Positions 21,568 through 31,678 of a stretch of DNA of 64,000 nt are shown here, piece after piece. A program made the position numbers and the translations under genes. Position 1 is the first letter of the stretch. Every line of letters begins with the position of its first letter. The notes under the pieces were generated by a model, which was given only the letters and a program-made list of their open reading frames with translations, was not told the origin of the DNA and ran no database searches. The DNA comes from Sedimentisphaerales bacterium (GTDB lineage Bacteria; Planctomycetota; Phycisphaerae; Sedimentisphaerales; SM23-30): the NCBI GenBank assembly GCA_963663805.2, contig CAXXMR010000009.1:1-64000 (forward strand), written 5' to 3'.

Positions 21568-23430
21568 TTAGTTTCCTTGTGACAATGTAACAAATACCGC
21601 GTATGACTTTGGTGCCAGTTCAATATCTATTGACTCGGCCGCGGCATACTGTTTACCGCTAACTATTTCTACTGTATCCGGTTTGCGTATAGGGGTTTTC
21701 CACTTATACTTGATTTGTTTCGGCTTGCCGCTGTGGTTCATAAAGACCACCAGCCGCTTCTGGCCCAGTTGATAGGCGAAAACCGCGTTGCTGTCGATTG
21801 CCGGAATGGACCGGACGACCAGTTCGCTTTCGCAATCTTCACCGTCGAGCAGATAATCTTCTATTTCCGCGGCAATCGCTGAAATATTCGAGACCGCGTA
21901 ATAACCCGCCCCGTCCAGTACCTGCAAATACCACACCGCGAACCCGCCGCTGCCGTACATCAGGGAGTTCATCAGGCGATAGGAGAAGTTCTCCGGTTCG
22001 GGCATTGCTCTGTGTTTGTCCAGGAAATTCTCGATATACATTTCCGCCGGAATATGTGGTATCACACCCAGTGTTTCGGTGGTGGCTGTATAGTCGTCTG
22101 TGCTGCCGTAATATCCCGACGAGCCAAACTGAATCCCACCCTCTTTAGCCAAGAGTCCCCAGTCCGTTGCGTACATATTACGCGTAAAGCCCGCCAGATT
22201 GCCCACGTACTTATGGCCGCTATAGTAGCCGTATTCAACCGACGCGTCCAGCTCGAACAGCACATCACTCAGCAGGGCCGACATCTGGGCACTCTGCCAG
22301 CAGCGGAAATCAACCCATTTCTCAGAATATTTTTCGAGAATGATCTCAGGGGTCAGTTCTTCCGCCGCGTCGATATGAGCAAATTCCTTGAATGCCTGCA
22401 TCGTGATTGGTGTGTAAATATCACCGCGAATATAAGTCTTGTCACGGGCGATAGCCGATTCTTCGTTATCATTGGTAACCGCCGTATATCTGTTCAGAAC
22501 CTTGTCCTGGAAGAACTTCTTGAGAAGCGGTTTAACCTTTTCTTTGTTTTGCAAAATCCAGGTGTGACAGATATTGTTTTTCAGCAGGAAGTTTGGCTGG
22601 GTGATTCTATTGCCGTCTTTACCAATCGGATATACTTCCGGGAATTCCGCGGCGAGAACCGGCATGATATTATGCCAGAAAATAATCAGACTCGGTTTTA
22701 CACCTTTATTTCGCAGCAATTGAGCAACCGTGTCATCCTGCTCATAAAGCCGCATATTGGTAAGAACATTAATACCGCTGCCCTGGACGGCCTGACAAAT
22801 AGCTTCTTTGAAAGTCGGGTCGGTATAACCGGCATAATCAAAGGCCTCAACCCGCAAGCGTTCCGGACTCTTGTTCTGCAATTTGGGCAGTACGACGAAT
22901 TTCATCGCATTGGTGGAAATCTGCTTGCCATCTACCGTCAAAACCGCATTGACATCATATTCGCCGGTTTCACTGCTGCCGGGATTAACCAGCAGCGCCG
23001 TCCGCAGCATTTTTTTTTCGCCTTCAGCGTATTTCAGATTATCACCAGATTCATTCGCCTTGGCAAAAACAATAGGCATTTTCACTACACAGCGGTCCTG
23101 TTTAGCTTCCCTGCTTACCGTTTTCGGCACCAGCAGCGGTTGAGGATGTACCGCGAACTCAGCCGACGTGCCATGACCTGCCAATTCAAAACCAGCGGGC
23201 ATATCCAGAGTCAATTCAACCTTCGACTTACCATCAAACAACTCCGAAGATAATTCAACCCAGACCGGCATGGAATATTCCCGCACCAGATACGCCTGGT
23301 CATTGCGAGGCCAGAGTGTCACGCTCTGCTCTTCGGCAATAAGACTGCCGGTAATACCCAGCACCAAAATCGTCGCGATAATCTTAAATGTCTTCAATGC
23401 TTTACCCATAGTGTTAGTCATATGTTTCAA
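21568..23430 (-). CDS. Secreted hypothetical protein, possibly GH42-like glycoside hydrolase
   Basis: 620-aa ORF with signal peptide; DNEE and WVDFR segments plus a C-terminal beta-sandwich-like region; family is a weak inference. Confidence 0.5.
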   Translation of the reverse strand: MKHMTNTMGKALKTFKIIATILVLGITGSLIAEEQSVTLWPRNDQAYLVREYSMPVWVELSSELFDGKSKVELTLDMPAGFELAGHGTSAEFAVHPQPLLVPKTVSREAKQDRCVVKMPIVFAKANESGDNLKYAEGEKKMLRTALLVNPGSSETGEYDVNAVLTVDGKQISTNAMKFVVLPKLQNKSPERLRVEAFDYAGYTDPTFKEAICQAVQGSGINVLTNMRLYEQDDTVAQLLRNKGVKPSLIIFWHNIMPVLAAEFPEVYPIGKDGNRITQPNFLLKNNICHTWILQNKEKVKPLLKKFFQDKVLNRYTAVTNDNEESAIARDKTYIRGDIYTPITMQAFKEFAHIDAAEELTPEIILEKYSEKWVDFRCWQSAQMSALLSDVLFELDASVEYGYYSGHKYVGNLAGFTRNMYATDWGLLAKEGGIQFGSSGYYGSTDDYTATTETLGVIPHIPAEMYIENFLDKHRAMPEPENFSYRLMNSLMYGSGGFAVWYLQVLDGAGYYAVSNISAIAAEIEDYLLDGEDCESELVVRSIPAIDSNAVFAYQLGQKRLVVFMNHSGKPKQIKYKWKTPIRKPDTVEIVSGKQYAAAESIDIELAPKSYAVFVTLSQGN

Positions 23431-23463
23431 TAAAACAGTTCAATACTAAATGCCGTCACTATC

Positions 23464-24276
23464 TTATTTCATCGTCAATTTGATAATCCAGTCTCTATCG
23501 ACAGCTTTGACTGCTCTTTTATCAACCCACTCGAAATGGTCATAATATGCCTGCTGAATAATTCCCCGGCTGACCGCGTCTTCTCCCTTTTCGCTGGACG
23601 CTAGACGTTGAACAAATTCAACATGGTTATCGGCCATCAGGAAATTATTGCCATTGCCATGAACTTCGGTCGCACCATAAGTAAAGCGATAGTTTTCCAC
23701 TTTGGTATTATTGTTGTCATCAGCACCGTCTTTATCGGGTGCGGAGACATAGTCGCCTAACCAACCTCGTTCGGTTACCGGTTTTTCATCCCAGAAGCAA
23801 AACAGAAATGGTTTGTTAGCGGTCCGGCTCATTCTGTCAAAGCTGGCATGAACGCTCAGTCCAAAATTCGAGTTAATATGATAACCGGTTCCAATATTGT
23901 TGTTGGTGTCATCCCGGATGGCTTTATCCATGTTTGCCGGACAGTAAAAGCCTTCATAAACTTCTTCTGTATTGGCACCATCTGCCCAACGAGTTTGGGT
24001 AGGCATATAACTGGGCACATTGCCGGAGCGTGGACTGAACCAAGCGTATACCCACGGATAAATCGCGGTATCGAGCCAGCCGGCATTATCTTCGGCATAA
24101 AATATCCAGGCAAAGCCCAACTGACGTTGACTGTTCATGCATACTACTCGCTTGGCGTTCTCTCTGGCTTGGCCCAGCGCAGGCAGCAAAATAGATACCA
24201 GCAATGCGATAATCGCAACGACAACGAGCAACTCAACAAGAGTAAAACCAGCCGACTTAACCTTTTTGTTATTCAT
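23464..24276 (-). CDS. DUF1559-type prepilin-like (N-terminal methylation) protein
   Basis: [31 protein letters not shown]...C..N; FYCP; C-terminal H-X9-D motif ([14 protein letters not shown]). Confidence 0.9.
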   Translation of the reverse strand: MNNKKVKSAGFTLVELLVVVAIIALLVSILLPALGQARENAKRVVCMNSQRQLGFAWIFYAEDNAGWLDTAIYPWVYAWFSPRSGNVPSYMPTQTRWADGANTEEVYEGFYCPANMDKAIRDDTNNNIGTGYHINSNFGLSVHASFDRMSRTANKPFLFCFWDEKPVTERGWLGDYVSAPDKDGADDNNNTKVENYRFTYGATEVHGNGNNFLMADNHVEFVQRLASSEKGEDAVSRGIIQQAYYDHFEWVDKRAVKAVDRDWIIKLTMK

Positions 24277-24294
24277 TTCAAAATCCCTTCATCG

Positions 24295-24335
24295 TATGGG
24301 CTAACGAGACCCTTTGAGGCCCCGTTAGCCCCATA
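24295..24335. other. Intergenic stem-loop after the PEP-CTERM gene
   Basis: TATGGGCTAACG...CGTTAGCCCCATA inverted repeat. Confidence 0.6.
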
Positions 24336-24347
24336 AACATTATTTAC

Positions 24348-25059
24348 TTATTTCTTCCGGCGAATAAGCGCCAGGCTACCCAAAGCCAACAGGCTCATAG
24401 TTGCCGGTTCGGGCACTTCCGCTACCACAAAGTTATCAAACAGACCTAGCGGGTAATTCCACTTATACTTGCCGCCAAAGCCGGCGTTGCTGCCGGTAGT
24501 GATTGTCGTGGTGGTATTGAGCGTGGTACTCAGGCCCATACTGGCGAAAGTCGCTGAGACATCACTGCCGTTTACGGTCAGGTCGATATGCACAGGATTA
24601 ACGCCTGCGCCATCGAAACCACCGAAACAGTAGTCACCCAATGCCGCGCCGGGTACTGTCGATAATTCTGGCGTAAGCATTAGTACCGTCTGTGACCACG
24701 CCTGCCCGCGACATACTGACTGTCAGAACTGCGTGCGGTTACATAATATTCCATCACATAGCCGCTCACGGCATAAATGTCCGCACTAACGGTGTAAGTC
24801 GTCCGCGTCAACATCGACATAGGATAACTTCATGACAGTATCGCCATAGTTGCCGTTGCTGAAATATGCCTGACCATTGTGCCATGACACGAATTTTACA
24901 ATGCCGGTTTCCTACGCCCTGCCATACAGTGCTCTGGTCTGACAGATGACTGTTATCGTAAGCATAACTGTTAAAGTTATCTTCGAAAATAATCCCGGCG
25001 TTTGCACTGCATACCATCAGGCCTGCCACAACCAATCCAAATAACAAACTCTTCAACAT
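24348..25059 (-). CDS. PEP-CTERM sorting domain protein; about four apparent single-base insertions
   Basis: Signal peptide + FEDNFNSY; C-terminal VPEPATMSLLALGSLALIRRKK; frame can be rebuilt by alignment to the upstream paralogue. Confidence 0.8.
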
Positions 25060-25114
25060 CTTACCATCTCCTTAAATAGAAACCTTTATTCTTCGCATAC
25101 AAAACGTATGTATG

Positions 25115-25908
25115 CTATTTCCAATAACTGTCGCACCCTGAATCGGCTGGATTAGTACACTTCATCCAGTCTATACTCAGAATCGCAAAATCCATCAAAT
25201 CCACAACGTTGTCATCGTTGAGATTGCCCGCCAGTTTAGGCGCCGAACCGGTGACAACAAAATTGTCGAATTGCCCCCAGTGCATAACCCCATTGGTATT
25301 TGCCGCCGAAGCCCGCGTTTGTGCCTTCCAGAATAGTCGTGGTGGTTTCCAGCGTAATACTCAGGCCCTGAGTGCTGAAACTAGCCGTGACATTTTCGCC
25401 TTCGACTGTCAGGTCTATATGCATCGGGGCATCACCATTGGGGTCAAAAGCGCCAAACCAGTAATCACCAATCCCGCCGCCGGCACTATCCTTGATCCTG
25501 GCGTAAACATCGGTACCGTTAGTTAAAATGCCGGCCCCAACGTATTGAGTGTCAGTGCAGCGGGCGACCGCGAAGTATTCCATTTTATGGCCTGGCGACC
25601 GCGTAAGCATCGACACTGACCGTAATGTCACTCGCGCCGGTATTGATGTAGGCGGTCTTGAAAATATTCTCGGCCCAATAGCTGTTGCTGAAATAGGCCT
25701 TGTTGGGATGCCAGGTCACAAATTTTACCAGATTTGCTCCGATGCCCTGCCAGTCACTGCTCTGGTTCGCCAGGGTAACTATTGGAACAGTCTCTCCGTC
25801 ACCGTATGTGTAACTCTCAAAATCGTCCTGCACCAGCACTTCGCATAACGCCTGACTGCTAAACAGAACCGCCAGAATCAAACATGTTTTTATCATTTTT
25901 TTGAACAT
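25115..25908 (-). CDS. Secreted paralogue of the PEP-CTERM protein with a dockerin-like tail; two frameshifts
   Basis: Signal peptide + QDDFESY; HIDLTV...GFGGKY; final frame reads QFDNFVV...GNLNDDNVVDLMDFAILSIDWMKC...YWK*. Confidence 0.75.
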
Positions 25909-25957
25909 ATCATCTGCTCCTTATTAGAAGGTAATAATTTTTTATTTCCCGGATGTG

Positions 25958-27228
25958 CTATTCTGTCTCTATCAGCCAGTTCGCCGCCATGTCATTAAGG
26001 TCCGCAAGATTGACCTGGCAGTCCTGATTAATGTCACCGGTCAGGTATATCGTGCCGTCATCACCGCACGCCGCCGGTTCCAATGCATCCAGAGCGAATA
26101 CTTCAAAGTTATCGTACAGAGCGTCCATATACTCCCCAACGCCATTCCGCTCCAAAACCGGGTTTTGCCCGACGTGATTGTTGTGTCATAGCGAAGGACA
26201 ATCTTGCCGCCATTGTGTTCAGCAATACCGGTTACGTGATTATCTTCAACCGCCAGTGTCAGATACACGGGTTTGCCGCCATCCTCTTCAGCGAACGGGA
26301 ATACCGCCATGCCGTCATTGGGGTCGTCACCCAAAAACAGACCGCTACCTTGGGTGTCAGCCATCAGGGCAACACTGGTGGTGTAACCGTCGTCGCCGAC
26401 TTCAAGATAAATGTGGTCGGTTGAGTTGGCTCTGGCCAGGATGTAGAAATTCGCGTCATTACCGGCAACCTGAGTGCGTCTCGATGCGGTCACCCTTACA
26501 ACATAGTCGGCGGTCTGCGAACCGTTGAATTCGGTCGCCGCGTCAGTGTCAGCGATTACCGGTTTGAGTTTGTATTGCCAGTCGTCGAGATAGCCGCCGT
26601 AATAACCGTCATACATCCACGCCTTGCCTGACTGACTGCCGACTTCGCATCTGCGAATATTATTTACAGCTTCTTCCCAGCCCGGAGTCATCCAGTCATC
26701 TGTAGTTCCGATATTCTGAGCAGCCGTATAACTCTCAAAATCATCGCCCCATATCTTTTGCACCGCTCTGGTTCTGAGAGTGCCGCCGATACGCAGTCCA
26801 ATAATGTCATTGTCCATCCAGGGGGCGATAAACACTACGTTGCTCAGTGATGCAGCGGCATAACCGTCAGCGTCAATGCTGATACTCAGGTCGAAGGATA
26901 GCTCGTCCGAACTGTAATCTGCTTCGACAACCTCAGCCGCAACGCCTTTGCTTACCCCGGCACTGTCCGGACTGTAGGCCGGAGAATAATCCACCCATAC
27001 ATCACTTTGCGGGTCCGGTAAGTCCAGCAAAACTTCGACCTGCGTAGCCACGCAGTCATAATAGTAATTCGCATAACCAGTCCGAACGTTAGTGGTTGAA
27101 TTCCACGTTGCGTCCGCACCGGTACTTTCCAGTCCAATATTCCATTGGACATCGGGACCGGCCCAGGCCGGCAGGGAACAGGCCAACAACAGCATCAGTG
27201 TCCCTAATAATTTCGATTCCTTCAACAT
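25958..27228 (-). CDS. Secreted two-domain protein with dockerin-like tail; frameshifted near 26140-26165
   Basis: RBS AAGGAGG, signal peptide, DDFESY...YDNFEV domain, C-terminal GDINQDCQVNLADL..NWL. Confidence 0.75.
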
Positions 27229-27251
27229 ACTTTGACCTCCTTAAAAAATTT

Positions 27252-27422
27252 GGAAAATTTGCATTTAAGGTTTGCTATAGACATACACTGTCCGTATAAT
27301 TCAATCTGGGGATTGAACATCTTTGGCCCCTGGTCCCTATTTTGTCTACGCCGACTCAAATATCAGCTTCGGCGTCCATTAAAACAAAACCCTTTTGTTC
27401 GTTCAAATAACAACTTCTTCTT
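27252..27422. repeat. Copy A of a tandem roughly 170-nt intergenic element (candidate structured RNA)
   Basis: Aligns collinearly with 27492-27666; hairpins TTCAATC/GATTGAA and ACGCCGA/TCGGCGT, the latter nested in TTTTGT/ACAAAA. Confidence 0.8.
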
Positions 27423-27491
27423 TCTTTGAATACCTTAATGTCTTATAAAAACCCGCTTCTCACGTCAGGCTTATACGCATTACAAAAAACG

Positions 27492-27666
27492 GGAAAATTT
27501 TAATTTTAGGCTCGCTGTAGGCATACAATGTCCCTGTAACTCAACGCATGGGTTGAATGCTCTTTGCCCCCTGTTCCCATTTTGTGTACGGCGGCCCGAT
27601 TAAATTACAATGCCGACGTCCATTTCACAAAACCCTTCGACCGTTATTAACTTGCAACTTCTTCTT
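27492..27666. repeat. Copy B of the tandem intergenic element
   Basis: Aligns with 27252-27422; hairpins TCAAC/GTTGA and ACGGCGGC/GCCGACGT, the latter nested in TTTTGTG/CACAAAA. Confidence 0.8.
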
Positions 27667-28730
27667 CAATTTGCCTTACCGGTTGAATCGCGGACCACCA
27701 GGTCATGATTCTTCCAGATCGCGGCAGCACGCCGGTTGGCTTCCATCCAGCTGATATTCTTGTCGATATATTCAAGCAGGACTTCCGCTGCGGCCTTGCC
27801 GCCTTCAAAAAGCGGCAAATCTATCGCTGTCAGAGAGGGTCTGAACCAGCGACACAAGGGGGTATCACAAGTGCTTATCACACTTACGTCTTTTGGGGAG
27901 CTGTATCCGGCATCCATAATCGCGTTAAGGAAACCGATGCACCACTGGTCGTGGCCGATAACAGCTGTGGCTCTTTCCAGGCCTGATTCTGCCCAATGCC
28001 GCCCATATGCGTATGCGTCCTGCATTATGTCGGCAGATGGCTTGAGGCATTCGAAAGAGCTTATCTTAATGCCGGATTCCGGATGTGCTTTCTGGAAATC
28101 GCCCGCAACCTCACTGAACAGTTCGCCCGCCTGATGGCACTCAATGCCGGCGACTTCGATGTGTTTATGCCCCAGCTCATTGAGATATTCAAATGCGGTC
28201 ATCCAGTCCTGAGCTATATTTCTGGCTACCGCCAAAACACCCTCGACCGGAAAATCGGCGTTTTCGCCTACAAGTATAAAAGGCAGGCTGCTGTCAATGA
28301 ACGTCTGTAAAACATCTTCTTCAATACGGCCGCTGATTACCAGGCCGTCAACGGTTTTCCGTCGAACCTTCGACGGCATCACAAATTCTTTGATAGAAGA
28401 CAGGTCATAGCAGTTCACCACGCAATTGTAGCCTTTGCTGCCCGCCGCGGACTGAACACCCGACATTATCGATGAAAAATAAATATTGGAAAGACCAAGT
28501 GTGGTTTTGGAGGAAAGTAGAAAACCAATATTGTTGGTCTTTCCGGTTACCAATGCTCTTGCGGCGGCATTGGGGACATAATTAAGGTCTTTTACTGCCC
28601 GGTGAATTTTGCTCTTGGTTGTTTCGCTGACCTTGACAATCGTGTTTCGCGAGCGAAGAACATCCGAAACGGTTGACTTGGAAACTCCAACTCGGTCAGC
28701 AATCATTTGTAGTGTAACATTCTTAGCCAA
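27666..28730 (-). CDS. LacI family transcriptional regulator
   Basis: VTLQMIADRVGVSKSTVSDVL HTH, YVPNAAARAL hinge, PSLTAI, VVRDST; TTG start after an AAGGA RBS. Confidence 0.93.
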   Translation of the reverse strand: MAKNVTLQMIADRVGVSKSTVSDVLRSRNTIVKVSETTKSKIHRAVKDLNYVPNAAARALVTGKTNNIGFLLSSKTTLGLSNIYFSSIMSGVQSAAGSKGYNCVVNCYDLSSIKEFVMPSKVRRKTVDGLVISGRIEEDVLQTFIDSSLPFILVGENADFPVEGVLAVARNIAQDWMTAFEYLNELGHKHIEVAGIECHQAGELFSEVAGDFQKAHPESGIKISSFECLKPSADIMQDAYAYGRHWAESGLERATAVIGHDQWCIGFLNAIMDAGYSSPKDVSVISTCDTPLCRWFRPSLTAIDLPLFEGGKAAAEVLLEYIDKNISWMEANRRAAAIWKNHDLVVRDSTGKAN

Positions 28731-28777
28731 CTGTTTAATTCCTTATCTCGGCCAGTCGTACTTCTTTCATTGTTTAT

Positions 28778-28806
28778 AGTTTAACGTAACGGTACGTGTA
28801 AGTCAA
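28778..28806 (-). promoter_or_regulatory. sigma70 promoter of the LacI gene with an operator in the spacer
   Basis: TTGACT-17bp-TAAACT; spacer holds near-palindrome ACGTAACGGTACGT (28784-28797). Confidence 0.75.
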
Positions 28807-28861
28807 CCCCAAAACTCGTTTTTTTGCCGATTAAGGCAATTTTTCTTGTTTTTTTTCGGAC

Positions 28862-28875
28862 ACGTACCGGTACGT
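28862..28875. promoter_or_regulatory. Perfect palindromic LacI-type operator
   Basis: ACGTACCGGTACGT, central CG. Confidence 0.75.
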
Positions 28876-28938
28876 TTGTACGGGTGGCAATTCCATGAAA
28901 ATATCCTCTAAATACATAACGGTCGCCCCTGTAAGCAC

Positions 28939-30876
28939 TTAATCAACCCTGCCGTCATCGACCTCGTCTAACGTACGGTTGGCCAGGCGGGAGAACATTT
29001 TCTTTATATCGTATGCTCCCCCGACCACAAACCATACGGTCGAGATCGCGCCCAGTACCAGCGAAACCACAATATACCACTTCCAGAACCCGAACCAGAA
29101 CCCGTCACTCATCGGATTCATGATGTTCGCTGCCGTCAGGCCGATAAATACCGCCACCAGCCCCAGCGTCCAGAAAAGCATTACCAGATAAACCACCTTA
29201 TCCCGAAAATTGAAATCCTTGTTGATGCCCACCAGCTTGCAAAATCTGGAGACTTCTTTGTCACTGACGGTGGTTTTATCGGACTCAATTTCGTACTCGC
29301 CGCGATGCAGCATTTTTTCCAGATTGAACGGCCCGCGGCAAGTCGCCAGAGACACCGAAACATAAGCGACAATTGCGGCGATCTGGGCCATAAAACTTTG
29401 ATATGCCCCGTTCATTGTTGCGATATAAACTATCATTTTATTGCTGAAAGGATGGGACAGGTGAACCTGTTTTAATATTATCGCCAGTACCGCCAGCACT
29501 GCCCCGGTGGTCATTGCCGCCCAGGCTCCCTGAGTCGTTCCCCGCCGCCAATACAGACCGCCGATAATAATCGAACCTGCCCCGCCAAAAAAGATTGCTC
29601 CGGTTATCTGGAAGAACATTACAATGGCTTCGCTTTGCCGAAACACCAGGCTGAAGATGAAAATGAATATCGCCACGCCGAAAATTGAAATTTTTATCCA
29701 GCGGATATGCTCTTTTTGCGATAACGGATTTTTCCGAAACGGCAGTATCACATCCTGAACAAAAATACTTCCCCAGGAATGTAAATAGGTGTCATGCGTA
29801 CTTATAAACGCACCCAGCATAACCGCGCAAAGCCCGCCAATCAGCCCGTGCGGTAGAAAATAACGAGCCGCCACCGTGGTCGAAACCTGGCTCCTGATAG
29901 TATCATCACCAATCGCCAGAAGGGCGTCTCGTGCTTCAGCGGCCCTCTCGGCAAACGAGGGATGATGCATGAATACATAAGCACAAATCGGAAAAACCAC
30001 CACAAATAAATTCTGAGCGAACATACGCCAAATTGACAGGCTTTTACCCATTCGAGCTTCATGGGCATTCAAGGCTGCCGCATTGTAACCCTGATTGCCC
30101 TGCCACGCCAAAAAACCATATGTCGCTGTGAATGACAATATCAAATAAAACCAGATATTGAAATTTTCCGCCTGAGCGACCTTGAATGGATTCACCATGG
30201 AAACGCCCGCAGAGGCCCCGGAAAGAACCTCTACCACATCGCTCCACTTGAACATCACCATCAAGCCGATTACCAGTATGATAAACATCACATTGCAAAA
30301 CGCCCCCTGAATGAAATCCGTTACCATCACCGCGATTTGACCGCCCATGAAAGTAAAAAATAAAGAAAAAGAAATCAGTATAAACATAAACAACATGAAT
30401 ACCCCCAGAGAATCACCCAGTCCCATTATCCCCATGAAAAACCGAGCCCCAACTGCGGGAAATATCCCAAAATTTATTATCCCAGAAACCCAGATGATTA
30501 TCCCGCAAAAAACCCGGAATTTTTTGCTGTATCGTGCTTCAAAAAACTGAGCTACCGTAAGGGCCCGAGTCTGACGAAACCGATAAAGTACCCAGCCCGA
30601 TAAACATAAAATAGTCGGGATAATCACCAGCCGAGCCATATCCCACCAAGCCACCGGGAAACCCGCCTCATAATACATTTCAAAAAGCATGACAATGGTA
30701 ATCGCCCCCAGTCCTGCCATGCCGTCACTGATGCAGAGCAAATACCGACCGGCCGTGCGATTCGCCGCCAGAAAATCAGCCACGCTATGAGTATAACGAC
30801 GCGTATAAACCGCCGCGACGGTTATGCTCAACAGTAAGGCTCCGATTATCATCCAATCAGCAAAATTCAGATACAT
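28939..30876 (-). CDS. Sodium:solute symporter family protein
   Basis: Many TM helices; DFLAANR, FFEARYS, GGQIAVMVTD, GGLYWRRGT..GA; RBS AAGGAG. Confidence 0.9.
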   Translation of the reverse strand: MYLNFADWMIIGALLLSITVAAVYTRRYTHSVADFLAANRTAGRYLLCISDGMAGLGAITIVMLFEMYYEAGFPVAWWDMARLVIIPTILCLSGWVLYRFRQTRALTVAQFFEARYSKKFRVFCGIIIWVSGIINFGIFPAVGARFFMGIMGLGDSLGVFMLFMFILISFSLFFTFMGGQIAVMVTDFIQGAFCNVMFIILVIGLMVMFKWSDVVEVLSGASAGVSMVNPFKVAQAENFNIWFYLILSFTATYGFLAWQGNQGYNAAALNAHEARMGKSLSIWRMFAQNLFVVVFPICAYVFMHHPSFAERAAEARDALLAIGDDTIRSQVSTTVAARYFLPHGLIGGLCAVMLGAFISTHDTYLHSWGSIFVQDVILPFRKNPLSQKEHIRWIKISIFGVAIFIFIFSLVFRQSEAIVMFFQITGAIFFGGAGSIIIGGLYWRRGTTQGAWAAMTTGAVLAVLAIILKQVHLSHPFSNKMIVYIATMNGAYQSFMAQIAAIVAYVSVSLATCRGPFNLEKMLHRGEYEIESDKTTVSDKEVSRFCKLVGINKDFNFRDKVVYLVMLFWTLGLVAVFIGLTAANIMNPMSDGFWFGFWKWYIVVSLVLGAISTVWFVVGGAYDIKKMFSRLANRTLDEVDDGRVD

Positions 30877-30931
30877 CAAATTCTCCTTTACGCGAAAAGG
30901 TATATATTGCGCAGGTTTTTTCAACAACCTC

Positions 30932-30960
30932 ATGATAACGTACCGTTACGTTGTATGCAA
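30932..30960 (-). promoter_or_regulatory. sigma70 promoter of the symporter with an operator in the spacer
   Basis: TTGCAT-17bp-TATCAT; spacer holds ACGTACCGTTACGT (30938-30951). Confidence 0.75.
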
Positions 30961-31026
30961 TATGTTTCTCCCGTATTGTCGCGATTACAGCCTAAATAAA
31001 GTATACTTAAGCAATTATAGCAAAAG

Positions 31027-31040
31027 ACGTATCGGTACGT
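31027..31040. promoter_or_regulatory. Auxiliary LacI-type operator
   Basis: ACGTATCGGTACGT, one mismatch to the palindrome at 28862. Confidence 0.7.
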
Positions 31041-31261
31041 TAGCTTTTTCGACTCGATCGGCTGTGCCGGACGTAAAAGCAGGGGGGCATTCATTTGCCT
31101 GAGACCTGAATCTGGGCATCTAGATTCCCGACAAAAGTCAGATGTATACAATATTCTTGCCTGACCGGGACAAACCCTATAATGTCTATTCTATTAATTG
31201 TTTTTGGGCTAAAAGTCGATGTTTTCCCCCCGGCAAGTTGGCACTGGAGGCTGGTATTACC

Positions 31262-31678
31262 ATGAAGACACTAACAAAAGAGATATGGATGGATGTTCCC
31301 CAACGCCGAGCGGTTGTTTCAATACACAGCGAGGTTGAGAGACTGGTGCATGAGAGTGGGGTCAAGGAAGGACTTGTGCTGGTAAATGCCATGCACATTA
31401 CCGCTTCGGTTTTTATCAATGACAATGAATCCGGGCTGCATCATGATTACGAGCTCTGGCTGGAGAAGCTCGCCCCCGAAAAGCCCCACAGTCAATACCA
31501 GCACAACGGTTTTGAGGATAACGCCGACGCCCACATGAAAAGGCAGATTATGGGACGCGAGGTGGTTGTAGCTGTCACCGACGGCCAATTGCATCTGGGG
31601 CCCTGGGAGCATATCTTCTATTATGAATTTGACGGCATGCGTCGAAAACGTCTGCTGGTGAAAATAATCGGCGAATAA
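31262..31678 (+). CDS. yjbQ: Secondary thiamine-phosphate synthase family protein (UPF0047)
   Basis: [36 protein letters not shown]. Confidence 0.9.
   Translation: MKTLTKEIWMDVPQRRAVVSIHSEVERLVHESGVKEGLVLVNAMHITASVFINDNESGLHHDYELWLEKLAPEKPHSQYQHNGFEDNADAHMKRQIMGREVVVAVTDGQLHLGPWEHIFYYEFDGMRRKRLLVKIIGE

Noticed and set aside
22012..23253. 413-aa plus-strand ORF
   Set aside because: Fully antisense to the 620-aa gene that fits the operon and has a signal peptide
24348..27228. Programmed frameshifting or phase variation in the surface-protein genes
   Set aside because: Indels are scattered, lack long slippery tracts, and also hit transporter genes elsewhere; sequencing error is simpler
27252..27666. 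Tandem element as a c-di-GMP-I riboswitch, CRISPR array or DGR template/variable repeat pair
   Set aside because: Only loose GGCAAA...GGAC...CCTAA resemblance without the GAAA tetraloop/receptor; only two long units with no spacers or cas genes; differences are not adenine-specific and no reverse transcriptase is present
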